58,776 nt of DNA. Source: Desulfobacteraceae bacterium. GTDB taxonomy: Bacteria; Desulfobacterota; Desulfobacteria; Desulfobacterales; UBA2174. Positions 26,699 through 36,069 of the stretch are shown here, one piece after another (position 1 is the first letter of the stretch; each line of letters starts with the position of its first letter). Under the pieces are notes generated by a model. The model ran no database searches, was not told the DNA's origin, and saw only the letters and a list, made by a program, of their open reading frames with translations. The position numbers and the translations under genes were made by a program. The stretch is from NCBI GenBank assembly GCA_028700185.1, contig JAQVTF010000002.1:1-58776 (forward strand), written 5' to 3'.

Positions 26699-27793
26699 TC
26701 ATCTCAGCGTCTTGCGAAAACGCCGGGAGGCGAGAAGAATGAATCCCACCGCCAAGGCGCCCTGGGCCGCCACGGCCGGCCAGAGGACCGCCAGCCCCAC
26801 CCCTTTGGTCAACACCCCACGCAGGATGGTCAGATACCAGCGCATGGGGTTGAGCCAGGTGGCGAGCCGCACCGACAGGGGCATGTTGTGAATGGGGAAC
26901 ATGAAACCGGAGAGCATCACGCAGGGCATGATGATCAGAAAGGCGGTGAGCAGGGCCTGCTGCTGGGTGCGGGCGCCGGCGCTGACCCACAGGGCCAACC
27001 CGAGATTGCCGGCCAGGAAGATCCCGGTGAGCAGGTAGAGCAGAAAGAGGCTGCCGTGGATGCGCACTCCGAAGATGGCCACCGCGGCCGCCAGCATCAC
27101 CGTCATGGTCAGGTACCCGGTAATCATGTAAGGAATGGTCTTTCCCAGGATGAACTCGAGATTGGCGATGGGGGTGACCATCACCTGCTCGATGGTGCCG
27201 ATCTCCTTTTCCCGCACGATGGCGATGCTGGTGAGCATAATGGAAAAAACCAGCAGCATCACGGCGATGAGGGCCGGCACATAGTAGAGGGGGCTTTCCT
27301 GATTGGGGTTGTACCAGGCCCGCACCGCCACGGTCACCAGCTCCGCGGCGCCCCCCTGCCGAGCGTTGAAACCGGCCATGATGGCCTCGGCGTAGCCCAG
27401 CACGATGGCGGTGGTGTTGCTGTCCGTGCCGTCGCAGATGACCTGCACGACCGGGGGCCGACCACCGCTCAAATCTTCGCTGAATCCGGATGGAATCACC
27501 ACCATGGCCTGCACCCTGCCGGCATCCAGCAGCCGACGCACCTCGGCTTCGTTCTCGGGGGCCGCCACCATCCGAAAGTAGCCCCCGGCCTCGAAGGCAG
27601 CCACCAGGGCGCGGGAGGCGACGCTGCGGTCCCGATCCAGGAGACCCGTGCGGATGCGGTTGACGTCGGTGGTCAGGGCAAAGGCCATGATGAGCATCTG
27701 CATCACGGGCAAGCCGAACACCACCAGACGCATGCGCGGATCGCGCAGCATCTGCAAAAACTCCTTCACCAGCATCGGTTTGAGCCGCTTCAT
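26699..27793 (-). CDS. ABC-2 type transporter permease (YbhR/YbhS-like)
   Basis: N-terminal MKRLKPMLVKEFLQMLRDPRM, a large periplasmic loop, and six C-terminal TM segments. TGATG overlap with the upstream permease. Confidence 0.85.
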   Translation of the reverse strand: MKRLKPMLVKEFLQMLRDPRMRLVVFGLPVMQMLIMAFALTTDVNRIRTGLLDRDRSVASRALVAAFEAGGYFRMVAAPENEAEVRRLLDAGRVQAMVVIPSGFSEDLSGGRPPVVQVICDGTDSNTTAIVLGYAEAIMAGFNARQGGAAELVTVAVRAWYNPNQESPLYYVPALIAVMLLVFSIMLTSIAIVREKEIGTIEQVMVTPIANLEFILGKTIPYMITGYLTMTVMLAAAVAIFGVRIHGSLFLLYLLTGIFLAGNLGLALWVSAGARTQQQALLTAFLIIMPCVMLSGFMFPIHNMPLSVRLATWLNPMRWYLTILRGVLTKGVGLAVLWPAVAAQGALAVGFILLASRRFRKTLR

Positions 27794-28923
27794 CACTCCA
27801 GCCTCAGCTTCAGCCCGCCCCTGGCCGCGGCGATCATGGCCAGGGCGTAAACGAACAGCAGCAAGGCGTCGAGCCAGAGAATCTCCAGGCCGATGCCCTT
27901 CATGAAAATGCCGCGCATGATGGCGATGAGGTAGCGCGCCGGTACAATGTAGGTCAGGTACTGGAGGGCCGTCGGCATGTTCTCGATGGCAAAGACGAAT
28001 CCCGAAAGGATCAGGGTGGGCAAAAATCCGGCCGCCAGAGCGATCTGGTTGGCCAGAACCTGGGTTTTAAAGCGGATGCTCAGGGTGAGGCCGAAGAAGA
28101 GCGCCCCGGTGAGAAACACCGCCGCCGTGGCGAAGAGCAGCCCCGGATGCCCCCGCAGCGGGACGTGGAAGAGCCAGCGGCTCAACCCCACGGCGATGGC
28201 CACGTCGACCATGCCCACCACGAAGTAGGGCAGCACCTTGCCGCCAATCAGTTCACCGGCCCGAACGGGGGTGCCGATGAGCTGCTCCATGGTACCGGTC
28301 TCCCACTCCCGGGCCACGGTGACGCTGGTGAGCATGGCGGCAATGACCATCATCACAATGGCCACGATCCCCGGCAGCAGGGCATTGGGGCTGCGCAAGG
28401 CCGGATTGTACCAGGCCCGGGAAACCAGGGTCACCCCGGCGGGCCGGGCGTCCACGGTGAGCCGCCGGTTGAAGATCAACCCCAGGCCGCGGCAGTAGCT
28501 GGCCGCCAGGCGCGAGGTGTTGGCGTCGCTGCCGTCCACCACGGCCTCCACCGTCACCGGCCGGCCGGCGGCGATGTGCTCGGCGAAATCGGAAGGGATC
28601 ACCAGGGCCACCATGGCCCGGCCGGCGTCCAGGTCATGGCGCAGTTCCTTTTCGCTCTCGCGCATGGCGTACAGCTCGAAATAGGCCGATCCCTGGACCA
28701 GGGCGAGGAAATCCCGGCTCGGCGGGGTGCGCGACTGGTCCCAGACCACGGTGGGCACATTCTTCAAATCCAGGGTCAGGGCATAGCCGAACAGCAGAAT
28801 CAACAGCACCGGAATCGCCAGGGCCAGCAGGAGACTGCGCCAGTCGCGCCGGAGGTGGATGGCCTCCTTGCGGGCCACGGCGAAAGTGCGCACCAGGCTC
28901 CGGAAAACCGCTGAATCAGCCAT
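27793..28923 (-). CDS. ABC-2 type transporter permease (YbhS/YbhR-like)
   Basis: FAVARKEAIHLRRDWRSLLLA... and the same architecture as its neighbour. The start at 28923 overlaps the ATPase stop by 8 nt. Confidence 0.85.
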   Translation of the reverse strand: MADSAVFRSLVRTFAVARKEAIHLRRDWRSLLLALAIPVLLILLFGYALTLDLKNVPTVVWDQSRTPPSRDFLALVQGSAYFELYAMRESEKELRHDLDAGRAMVALVIPSDFAEHIAAGRPVTVEAVVDGSDANTSRLAASYCRGLGLIFNRRLTVDARPAGVTLVSRAWYNPALRSPNALLPGIVAIVMMVIAAMLTSVTVAREWETGTMEQLIGTPVRAGELIGGKVLPYFVVGMVDVAIAVGLSRWLFHVPLRGHPGLLFATAAVFLTGALFFGLTLSIRFKTQVLANQIALAAGFLPTLILSGFVFAIENMPTALQYLTYIVPARYLIAIMRGIFMKGIGLEILWLDALLLFVYALAMIAAARGGLKLRLE

Positions 28924-30877
28924 GGACCGTCTCCCGCCCGTTTTCCCGGTCATGGGCCTCGATGAGGGCCACGAAGACATCTTCCATTCCCGGCGGCACG
29001 ATCTCAATGCGCTCGGCGCCGATGCCTTCGACCTTCAACACAGCCTCGATGGCAGCCATGGCCGCTTCGGCATCAACGGCGACCACGTGCAGACCGGCAC
29101 CGAAAAGCGAGGCCTCGCGTACTTCGGGCAAGCCGGCCACCGCCTTGTGGGCCGCCCGGGGCCGGTCGCAGCGCACGTCCACGATCCGCCCGTCGATGCT
29201 GCCGGCCTTGAGCTGCGCCGGGGTTCCCAGGGCAATGAGCCGCCCACGGTAGATCATGGCCACCCGGTCGCAGTACTCGGCCTCCTGCATGTAGTGGGTC
29301 GTGACGAAAACCGTCACCCCGTCTTCGGCCATGGCGTAGATGAGATCCCAGAAGCGGCGCCGGCTCAAGGGATCCACGCCGCTGGTGGGTTCATCGAGAA
29401 AAAGGATCGGCGGTTGGTGCAACACGGCACAGGCCAAAGCCAGGCGCTGCTTCAGCCCGCCGCCCAGGATCCGGGTAAGGCTGTGGCGCCGCTCGGTCAG
29501 GTTCGCGGTGGCCAGGGCCCAATCCCGTCGCCGGGCGAGACGCCGGCCCTCGAGCCCGTAGATCCCACCGTAAAAATTGATATTCTCGATGACGGTGAGG
29601 TCGTCGTAGAGGGAAAACTTCTGGCTCATGTACCCGATTTGGTGCTTGACCGCCTCGGCCTGATCGGCCACGTCGAAACCGGCCACCTCGGCCCGTCCCG
29701 CGCTGGGCCGTAGCAACCCGCAAAGCATGCGGATGGTGGTGCTCTTGCCGGCGCCGTTGGGGCCGAGAAACCCGAAGACTTCGCCCCCGGCCACCTGGAA
29801 GCTGATCCGGTCCACGGCGGTAAAACGCTTGAAACGACGGGTCAGGTCCGAAACGGTTACCGCCGTCTCCGATTTTGACGCCTTGGGCGAGGCCAACGGT
29901 TCCATCGGCTGGATTGCCTGCCCCGCGGCGGACCGCCCCAGGATGCTGACAAAGACATCCTCCAGACTCGGCGCCGCTTCTCGCGGGGCGTCGAAATCGA
30001 GGCCGGCTTCGTTCAGACGGGCCGTGATGTCGGCCGCGGCGGCCTCCGGATCGTCCACCGCCAGGTGAACCCGGTCGCCGAACAGATCCACCCGCCCCCA
30101 TTCGCCCGCCGCCTGCAAGATATGCTGCACCTGCCGGGCCCGGTCGCTGCGGACCGCCAGAATCTTCCCGTGCATCCCCCGTCGGATTTCGGCCGCCGTG
30201 CCCACCCCCATCATCCGCCCGGCGTCGATCATTCCGATGCGGGTGCACCGCTCGGCCTCATCCATGTAGGCGGTGGTGACCACAATGCCCACCTGCCGGT
30301 CCAGGAGCCGGTAGAGAATGTTCCAGAACTCGCGCCGGCTTACCGGATCCACTCCGTTGGTGGGTTCGTCCAGAAGCAGCACCCGGGGGGTATGGATCAG
30401 GGCGCAAACAAGCTGAAGCTTCTGCTTCATGCCGCCGGAAAGGTCTCCGGCCAGGCGGCGCCGGAAGGGGGTCATTCCCGAAAGCGCCAGCAGCTCCGCC
30501 ACCGGTTCACGCCGCTGGCGGCGTCCCATGCCGTAGAGATCGGCGTAAAAGTCGATGTTTTCGGCCACGGTGAGATCCGGATAGAGGCCGAAGCGTTGGC
30601 TCATGTAGGCCAGGTGATCCCGCACGCCGGTGGCATCGACGGCCACGTCCACCCCGGCCACCCGCACCTGGCCGGCGTGGGGAGACATGATCCCGGCCAG
30701 GATGCGCAGGGCGGTGGTTTTGCCGGCGCCGTCCGGCCCCACCAGACCAAAAATTTCACCGTAGGCCACCGTCAGGTCCAAGCCGTCCAGAGCGGTGAAA
30801 TCGCCGAACCGCCGGGTCAGGCCCCGGGCGTAAACGGCGGCATGGGCGTCATCGGCGCGGATCGAGGGACTACTCAT
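28916..30877 (-). CDS. ABC transporter ATP-binding protein with two fused nucleotide-binding domains (YbhF-like)
   Basis: Two Walker A motifs (GPDGAGKTT, GPNGAGKST), two LSGG signatures and two Walker B motifs (LLLDEPT, LFLDEPT). The start is uncertain (ATG 30877 or 30901). Confidence 0.9.
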   Translation of the reverse strand: MSSPSIRADDAHAAVYARGLTRRFGDFTALDGLDLTVAYGEIFGLVGPDGAGKTTALRILAGIMSPHAGQVRVAGVDVAVDATGVRDHLAYMSQRFGLYPDLTVAENIDFYADLYGMGRRQRREPVAELLALSGMTPFRRRLAGDLSGGMKQKLQLVCALIHTPRVLLLDEPTNGVDPVSRREFWNILYRLLDRQVGIVVTTAYMDEAERCTRIGMIDAGRMMGVGTAAEIRRGMHGKILAVRSDRARQVQHILQAAGEWGRVDLFGDRVHLAVDDPEAAAADITARLNEAGLDFDAPREAAPSLEDVFVSILGRSAAGQAIQPMEPLASPKASKSETAVTVSDLTRRFKRFTAVDRISFQVAGGEVFGFLGPNGAGKSTTIRMLCGLLRPSAGRAEVAGFDVADQAEAVKHQIGYMSQKFSLYDDLTVIENINFYGGIYGLEGRRLARRRDWALATANLTERRHSLTRILGGGLKQRLALACAVLHQPPILFLDEPTSGVDPLSRRRFWDLIYAMAEDGVTVFVTTHYMQEAEYCDRVAMIYRGRLIALGTPAQLKAGSIDGRIVDVRCDRPRAAHKAVAGLPEVREASLFGAGLHVVAVDAEAAMAAIEAVLKVEGIGAERIEIVPPGMEDVFVALIEAHDRENGRETVHG

Positions 30878-30930
30878 GCCGTTCCCTTCTCTTTTTGTCA
30901 TCCCGGGCAACGCCTGGATTTCAGGGGTCA

Positions 30931-30947
30931 AGGTTCAAGGTTTCAGC
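30931..30947 (-). repeat. dispersed intergenic repeat, GCTGAAACCTTGAACCT 17-mer (reverse orientation)
   Basis: The reverse complement of 30931-30947 equals the 17-mer at 24326 and 46876. It lies inside the hlyD-ATPase intercistronic gap. Confidence 0.8.
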
Positions 30948-31047
30948 AGAAAAAGCTCAATGTTGACTCCGGGTCGTTGCGGACATCTCGGATGCGACTA
31001 CCCTCAATTGCCTGAAAACCTTCCTGCAATTTTCAGCCCTTCCACCC

Positions 31048-31098
31048 GGACACCTCGCTGTTCCTGGCACCCGAAACCTTGAATCTCGAATCGGAAAC
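31048..31098 (+). repeat. dispersed repeat module GACACCTCGCTGTTCC...CCGAAACCTT followed by short periodic repeats
   Basis: It shares GACACCTCGCTGTTCC-N6-CCGAAACCTT with the reverse complement of 46497-46530. Confidence 0.7.
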
Positions 31099-31126
31099 GC
31101 GTCGAAGACGCCCGCCGCCTCCCGTC

Positions 31127-32317
31127 TCACTCTTCCGGCACGATCACCGCATCGGCCGGCATCCCCGGCTTGAGCAACCCCTCTGGATTGAGCAGGTCCA
31201 CCTTGACCCGGTACATGAGCCGCACCCGCTCCTCTTCGGTCTGGACGGTCTTGGGAGTAAACTCCGCCTCTCCGGCGATGAAGGACAGGGTCCCCTCCAG
31301 GGGCCGATCCGGGTAAGCATCCACGGTGACGCGTACCTTCTGGCCGAGGCGGATGCGTCCCAGGTCGAGGCCGTTCACGTAACCCCTCAACCAGGGATGG
31401 TCCAAATCTCCGATCACCACCACGGGGGTGCCGGGACCGAGAAAAGCACCCGGTTCGGCTGCCTTGTAGAGGACCACGCCATCCAGCGGGGCTTTCAGTT
31501 CCATGTCCGCCAGCTGCTGACGGGCAAGCTTGACCGCCTCGGCGGCCGCCTGTACCCGTGCCCGGGCCGCGGTAACAGTTTCCTGGCGGGGACCGTTTCG
31601 GACTTTTTCCAGAACCGCTTCGGCCTGTTGCAGCCCTGCCCGGGCCGCGGCGATATCCTCTTCACGGGGGCCTTCGGTCACCAGGTCAAGCTGGGCCCGG
31701 GCGGTTTCCAGCCGCGCGCGGCCTTCGGCTTCCGCCCCGGTAGTGGTTTCCAGGCGGGTCTGATGGGTTTCGTAGTCCCGCCGGCTCACCCCGCCCGCTT
31801 CCACCAAGGCCGCATAGCGCGCCTCGTCGGCCCGGGCCAAAACCCGTTGGGCCGCGGCGGCGGACAAAGCGGCGCGGGCCCGTTCCAACTCGGCCCGCGC
31901 CGCTTCGATCTGCTGACGCCGGCTGCCGGTTTCCAGCGCCTTGAGGTGCTGGTGGGCCTGGGCCACCCGGGCCTCCGCCTCTAGAACATCCTCGGCACGA
32001 CTGCCCGCCAACAGCTCGGCCAGCACCGCCTCGACATAGTGGAAATCGGCTTCGGCCCGGGCCACCAGCCGCTCCTGGTCGCTGGTATCCAGGCGGGCCA
32101 CCACCTGGCCCCGGCGCACCGGGTCACCTTCATCCACCAAGCGAGCTTGCAGACGCCCGGCCGTCTTGAAGGAAAGGGGTACGTCCACCACTTCGATGTT
32201 GCCGGAGAATTGCACCCGGCCCCCCGAATCGCCATTCTGGCGCACCACAAAACCCACCGCCGCCGCGGCGGCCACCACGCCGGCCAAAATCAACGCGATT
32301 TTTTGTCTTGGGGTCAT
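31127..32317 (-). CDS. HlyD-family periplasmic adaptor (YbhG-like)
   Basis: An N-terminal TM segment, a long Ala/Glu/Arg coiled coil, and C-terminal ...GMPADAVI. Confidence 0.85.
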   Translation of the reverse strand: MTPRQKIALILAGVVAAAAAVGFVVRQNGDSGGRVQFSGNIEVVDVPLSFKTAGRLQARLVDEGDPVRRGQVVARLDTSDQERLVARAEADFHYVEAVLAELLAGSRAEDVLEAEARVAQAHQHLKALETGSRRQQIEAARAELERARAALSAAAAQRVLARADEARYAALVEAGGVSRRDYETHQTRLETTTGAEAEGRARLETARAQLDLVTEGPREEDIAAARAGLQQAEAVLEKVRNGPRQETVTAARARVQAAAEAVKLARQQLADMELKAPLDGVVLYKAAEPGAFLGPGTPVVVIGDLDHPWLRGYVNGLDLGRIRLGQKVRVTVDAYPDRPLEGTLSFIAGEAEFTPKTVQTEEERVRLMYRVKVDLLNPEGLLKPGMPADAVIVPEE

Positions 32318-32982
32318 GCCCTTTCCTCCACCGGCTTCACCGATGAACTGTCGGCGATTTTTTCCATCCCCCCCAGCGAAAAAACCACCACGTGATCCAC
32401 CAGCTCCTCGATCCGCGCCTCAACCCGCTGCTGGTCTGGCACCAGCAGCGTGAGCAGGGGTTCGGCCATCGCGTAGTAGATGCATTGGCCCACGATGCTG
32501 AGGGCGCAGGCCACCGCCGTCCGGGGCGCCACGCCGGGACCGAGGAGCTCCTGGACAATGCCCACCAGCATCTGCTTGTGGGGTTGAATGTGCCGCGCCA
32601 CCACCTCGGCCAGAGCCGGACTCGGATCGGCCATTTCCTTGACGATCAAACGGGCTTTGCCATGGTAGCCGCCCCAACCTTCCGGGCCCAGGAGCCGGTA
32701 ACAGAAGGAACGGACGAAAGCCTCCAGGCGCTGGGTCGCCGGGGCCTCGGGCCCCAGGCCCATGGCGGCCGGATAGCGGTCGAATCCCTCGCGGAGAAGC
32801 GTTTCCAACACCTCGGTGTACAGCCCCAGCTTTCCCTTGAAATGATAGTTGATGGCCGCCACGTTCACCCCCGCCTTCTCGGCGATCTGGCGCGTGGTGG
32901 CCGCCCGGTATCCCCTGACGCCAAAAATCTCCGCCGCCGCCGTCAGGATCCGTTCCCGCGTGCCGGAAAGGGCTTCACTCAC
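32314..32982 (-). CDS. TetR/AcrR-family transcriptional regulator
   Basis: N-terminal HTH RILTAAAEIFGVRGYRAATTRQIAEKAGVNVAAINYHFKGK. GTG start with a GGGAGG RBS. 4-nt overlap with hlyD. Confidence 0.9.
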   Translation of the reverse strand: MSEALSGTRERILTAAAEIFGVRGYRAATTRQIAEKAGVNVAAINYHFKGKLGLYTEVLETLLREGFDRYPAAMGLGPEAPATQRLEAFVRSFCYRLLGPEGWGGYHGKARLIVKEMADPSPALAEVVARHIQPHKQMLVGIVQELLGPGVAPRTAVACALSIVGQCIYYAMAEPLLTLLVPDQQRVEARIEELVDHVVVFSLGGMEKIADSSSVKPVEERA

Positions 32983-33008
32983 TTCAGCCTCCCTTCAAAA
33001 AATAGGGC

Positions 33009-33055
33009 CACTTGATTTAATCAAGTGATTAAATCAAGTGTTTGATACCTGTCAA
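33009..33055 (-). promoter_or_regulatory. candidate autoregulated promoter plus palindromic TetR operator
   Basis: CACTTGATTTAATCAAGTG (33010-33028) and the overlapping ATTAAATCAAGTG (33028-33040). On the minus strand, TTGACA - 17 nt - TTAATC overlaps the palindromes. It lies 27-70 nt upstream of the tetR start. Confidence 0.55.
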
Positions 33056-33061
33056 TGAAAT

Positions 33062-33793
33062 TCAGCGCACCAGTGGCATGCGGGACAAGTCCGCCAGGAT
33101 GCGCTGTTGGCGTTGGCGCACGAAAGCGCTGGGACGTGTCGGTGAAAACCGGTGGGGATTGGGCAGAATGGCCGCCAGCAGCGCCGCCCGGGATCGATTC
33201 AATTCAGCGGCGGAAGATTTGAAATAAGACTGGGCGGCCGCCTCGGCACCAAAGATCCCGTCCCCCCAGTCCACCGTGTTCAGGTAAATTTCCAGGATCC
33301 GCCGCTTGCTCCACAGGGCCTCGATGAGCACGGTGTAGTAGGCTTCCAGAGCCTTGCGCCAGATGCTGCGGCTGGGAATGAGAAAAACGCTGCGGGCCGT
33401 CTGCATGGAGATGGTGGACGCCCCGCGCAGGCGCTCGCCGCCCACGGCTTCGGCCACCGCTTTCCTGATTTCCACCATGTCAAAGCCGCCATGGTCTAAA
33501 AAACGTTGGTCCTCGGCGGCGATCACCGCCCGTCGCAGATGGGGCGACACGTCGCCAAGACCGGTCCACCGATATCGGACAGGCGGCGGCGCGCCATCGA
33601 CGAATGGCCGACTCGCCCAGTGCCAAGCCATGGGGATGGTAAACAGCGGCGGCACCCAGCGCAGCGCCAGCACCTGGAGCACGGTCAGCGATACCAGCAG
33701 AGACAGTCCCGCCAGAAGCCAGCGGCCCGGACGGCGCCGGACGGCGGACAAGGTCCTGGACAAAGGCCGGCGTTTGGGTCGCGCAGGCTTCAT
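33062..33793 (-). CDS. mtgA: monofunctional biosynthetic peptidoglycan transglycosylase
   Basis: IAAEDQRFLDHGGFD, GASTISMQ, RKALEAYYTVLIE..WSKRRILEIYLN. The start at MKPARP is inferred; the longer ORF upstream is antisense-like. Confidence 0.9.
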   Translation of the reverse strand: MKPARPKRRPLSRTLSAVRRRPGRWLLAGLSLLVSLTVLQVLALRWVPPLFTIPMAWHWASRPFVDGAPPPVRYRWTGLGDVSPHLRRAVIAAEDQRFLDHGGFDMVEIRKAVAEAVGGERLRGASTISMQTARSVFLIPSRSIWRKALEAYYTVLIEALWSKRRILEIYLNTVDWGDGIFGAEAAAQSYFKSSAAELNRSRAALLAAILPNPHRFSPTRPSAFVRQRQQRILADLSRMPLVR

Positions 33794-33807
33794 GGCACCG
33801 TCTTCGG

Positions 33808-35367
33808 TTAACGGCTTCGGCTGCCCACCGGCGCCATCGCCTTCCAGCGAACCTCGTACAGGTCCCGCCGCCGGCTCTGCAAGTTGCGTACACTGCCCTG
33901 GCGACGCAGTTCCTTGAGCAGATCCAGGTCCAAATCGGTAACCAGGGTCATCTCGGTGTTGGGGGTGGCCTCGGCGGCGGTGGCGTCGTGGGGAAAGGCG
34001 AAATCCGACGGGGTGAAAATTGCCGACTGGGAGTACTGGATATCCATGTTCTCCACCTTGGGCAGGTTGCCCACCGATCCGGTGATGGCCACGTAGCACT
34101 CGTTTTCGATGGCCCGCGCCTGGGCGCAGCGGCGCACGCGAAGGTATCCGTTCTTGGTGTCGGTCCAAAAGGGCACCAGCAGAATCTGCATTCCCCTTTC
34201 CGCCAGGATGCGCGCCAGCTCGGGGAATTCCACGTCGTAGCACACCAGAATCCCCACCTTGCCCACGTCGGTGTCGAAGACCTTGAGGCCGTTGCCGCCG
34301 CGCAGGCCCCAGTAGGCCGCCTCGTCCGGGGTGATGTGCAACTTGTACTGGCTGTCCCAGGTGCCGTCCCGCCGGCAGAGGTAGGCCACATTGTACAACC
34401 CCCGGTCCGTGTACTCGGGCAGGCTGCCGGCCACGATGTTGATGTTGTAGCTCACCGCCAGATTGAGGATCTCGCTGCGCAACTGTTCGGTGTACTCGGC
34501 GATGGCGCGCATGGCCGCCGGCGGATCATCCTGGTTCTGGTGGGCCAGCAACGGGGCGTTGAACAGCTCGGGGAACAGCAGCAGGTCGGCGTTGTAGCCG
34601 GAGATGGCGTCCACGAAGAATTCCACCTGTTGCAGAACGTCGTCCAGGTCGGCGAAAAGGCGCATCTGCCACTGGACCGTGCCGATGCGCACGTTGGACT
34701 TGCGGCCCCAGACGATACGCTTGCGGCCTCGGTAGAAAATGTTGTTCCATTCCAGCAGCACCGCGTAGCGCTGGCTCTTCTGGTCCTGGGGGTTGTAGTT
34801 CTCGATGGCCCGCTTGGGATGGAAATCGTTGGCCAGTTGAAAGGTGAGCACCCGATCGATGATTTCCTTTTGCCGCACCTTCTCGATATACTGCTTGGGA
34901 GTCAGGGTGGCGGCGTGGGCCGCGTAGCCGGGGATGCGTCCGCCCACCAGGATTCCCTTGAGGTTGAGTTTTTCGCAGAGCTCCTTGCGGGCGTCGTAGA
35001 GGCGTCGCCCCAGGCGCATGCCCCGGTAGTCGGGATGAACGAAGAGATCGATGCCGTAGAGGTAGTCGCCTTCGGCATCGTGGTTGGTAAACTCGCCGCT
35101 GGAGACGATGTCGTCGTAGCTGTGCCGGTCGCCGTGCTTGGCATAGTCGATGATCAGGGTCAAGGCCGCGGCCACCACCCGGCCCTTGTCGGCGATACAG
35201 ATCTGCCCCTCGGGAAAAATCTCCAGCAACCGATGGTACTCCGCCGGACTCCAGGCACCGCCCATGCCGCGATAGACGCGATCCATGATGTCACGGATGT
35301 CCGGGTAATCCTCGGGGCGCAGATTGCGAATTTCGAGTTTGTGTTCAGCATCGACAGGGGGGTGCAT
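33808..35367 (-). CDS. bifunctional GNAT N-acetyltransferase / carbon-nitrogen hydrolase (nitrilase-superfamily) protein
   Basis: The N-terminal GNAT part has VHPDYRGMRLGRRLY. The C-terminal CN-hydrolase part has the catalytic-triad context LLLFPELF ... YKLHIT ... GILVCYDVEFPE. Confidence 0.8.
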   Translation of the reverse strand: MHPPVDAEHKLEIRNLRPEDYPDIRDIMDRVYRGMGGAWSPAEYHRLLEIFPEGQICIADKGRVVAAALTLIIDYAKHGDRHSYDDIVSSGEFTNHDAEGDYLYGIDLFVHPDYRGMRLGRRLYDARKELCEKLNLKGILVGGRIPGYAAHAATLTPKQYIEKVRQKEIIDRVLTFQLANDFHPKRAIENYNPQDQKSQRYAVLLEWNNIFYRGRKRIVWGRKSNVRIGTVQWQMRLFADLDDVLQQVEFFVDAISGYNADLLLFPELFNAPLLAHQNQDDPPAAMRAIAEYTEQLRSEILNLAVSYNINIVAGSLPEYTDRGLYNVAYLCRRDGTWDSQYKLHITPDEAAYWGLRGGNGLKVFDTDVGKVGILVCYDVEFPELARILAERGMQILLVPFWTDTKNGYLRVRRCAQARAIENECYVAITGSVGNLPKVENMDIQYSQSAIFTPSDFAFPHDATAAEATPNTEMTLVTDLDLDLLKELRRQGSVRNLQSRRRDLYEVRWKAMAPVGSRSR

Positions 35368-35446
35368 GAAAAGGGTTCCTCCATTTCCAAGAGTCATCGT
35401 GCGTCCCACCGGGACGGCATCGGGTTGTTTGAGAAAAAACATAACA

Positions 35447-36046
35447 ATGAAACCACTCCGAAAATCCCGTTCCAACCGCAGGCCTATTTACGACAGCCCC
35501 GCGCCAAAAGACAACCCCCCGGAGCTGCTGCACCTGCCGCCGGAAGGGGGCACCTATGTCCTGTGGCTGCGCCTGCCGTCGGCCCGGCGCATCGTTGTGG
35601 GCTGCCTGGGAGCCGTGGATTTTGTCCGCGGCTGGTACGCCTATACGGGAAGTGCCCAGGGGCCGGGAGGACTGGCCGCCCGGGTGGGACGGCACATCAG
35701 GGGAAACGGGACGCTCCGCTGGCACATCGATTTTCTCCGCCGGGTTGCTGCCCCCATGGCGGTTTGGTGCAACATTTCTCATCGGCGCCTGGAGCACCGA
35801 TGGGCCGCGGCCCTGGCGGCCATGCCGGGCGCATCCCTGCCGGTGCCAGGCTTCGGCGCCAGCGACTGCCGCTGCCGATCCCACCTGGTACGATTCCCCC
35901 GCCGCCCCGGGTTGCATGCTTTTCACTCGGTACTGGAAAGCATCGACCCCGCCCTGGCACCGCCGCTTGTGGTCGTGACATCGACAGCCGTCAATGATAA
36001 AAAAACAAAAAGGGATCATTGCCACGAAACAGGCCCCCCGGAATGA
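35447..36046 (+). CDS. GIY-YIG / DUF123 (Uri superfamily) nuclease-like protein
   Basis: GTYVLWLRL......GCLGAVDFVRGWYAYTGSA.G.GGLAARVGRHIR.....RWHIDFL. Confidence 0.65.
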   Translation: MKPLRKSRSNRRPIYDSPAPKDNPPELLHLPPEGGTYVLWLRLPSARRIVVGCLGAVDFVRGWYAYTGSAQGPGGLAARVGRHIRGNGTLRWHIDFLRRVAAPMAVWCNISHRRLEHRWAAALAAMPGASLPVPGFGASDCRCRSHLVRFPRRPGLHAFHSVLESIDPALAPPLVVVTSTAVNDKKTKRDHCHETGPPE

Positions 36047-36069
36047 AACCACACCCGACGGAGGAACCC

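Noticed and set aside
31064-31080. TGGCAC hexamers inside the dispersed repeats (also GTGCCA at 46545-46550) might be sigma-54 promoters.
   Set aside because: There is no TTGC element at the required distance. The hexamer lies in the variable centre of a repeat module.
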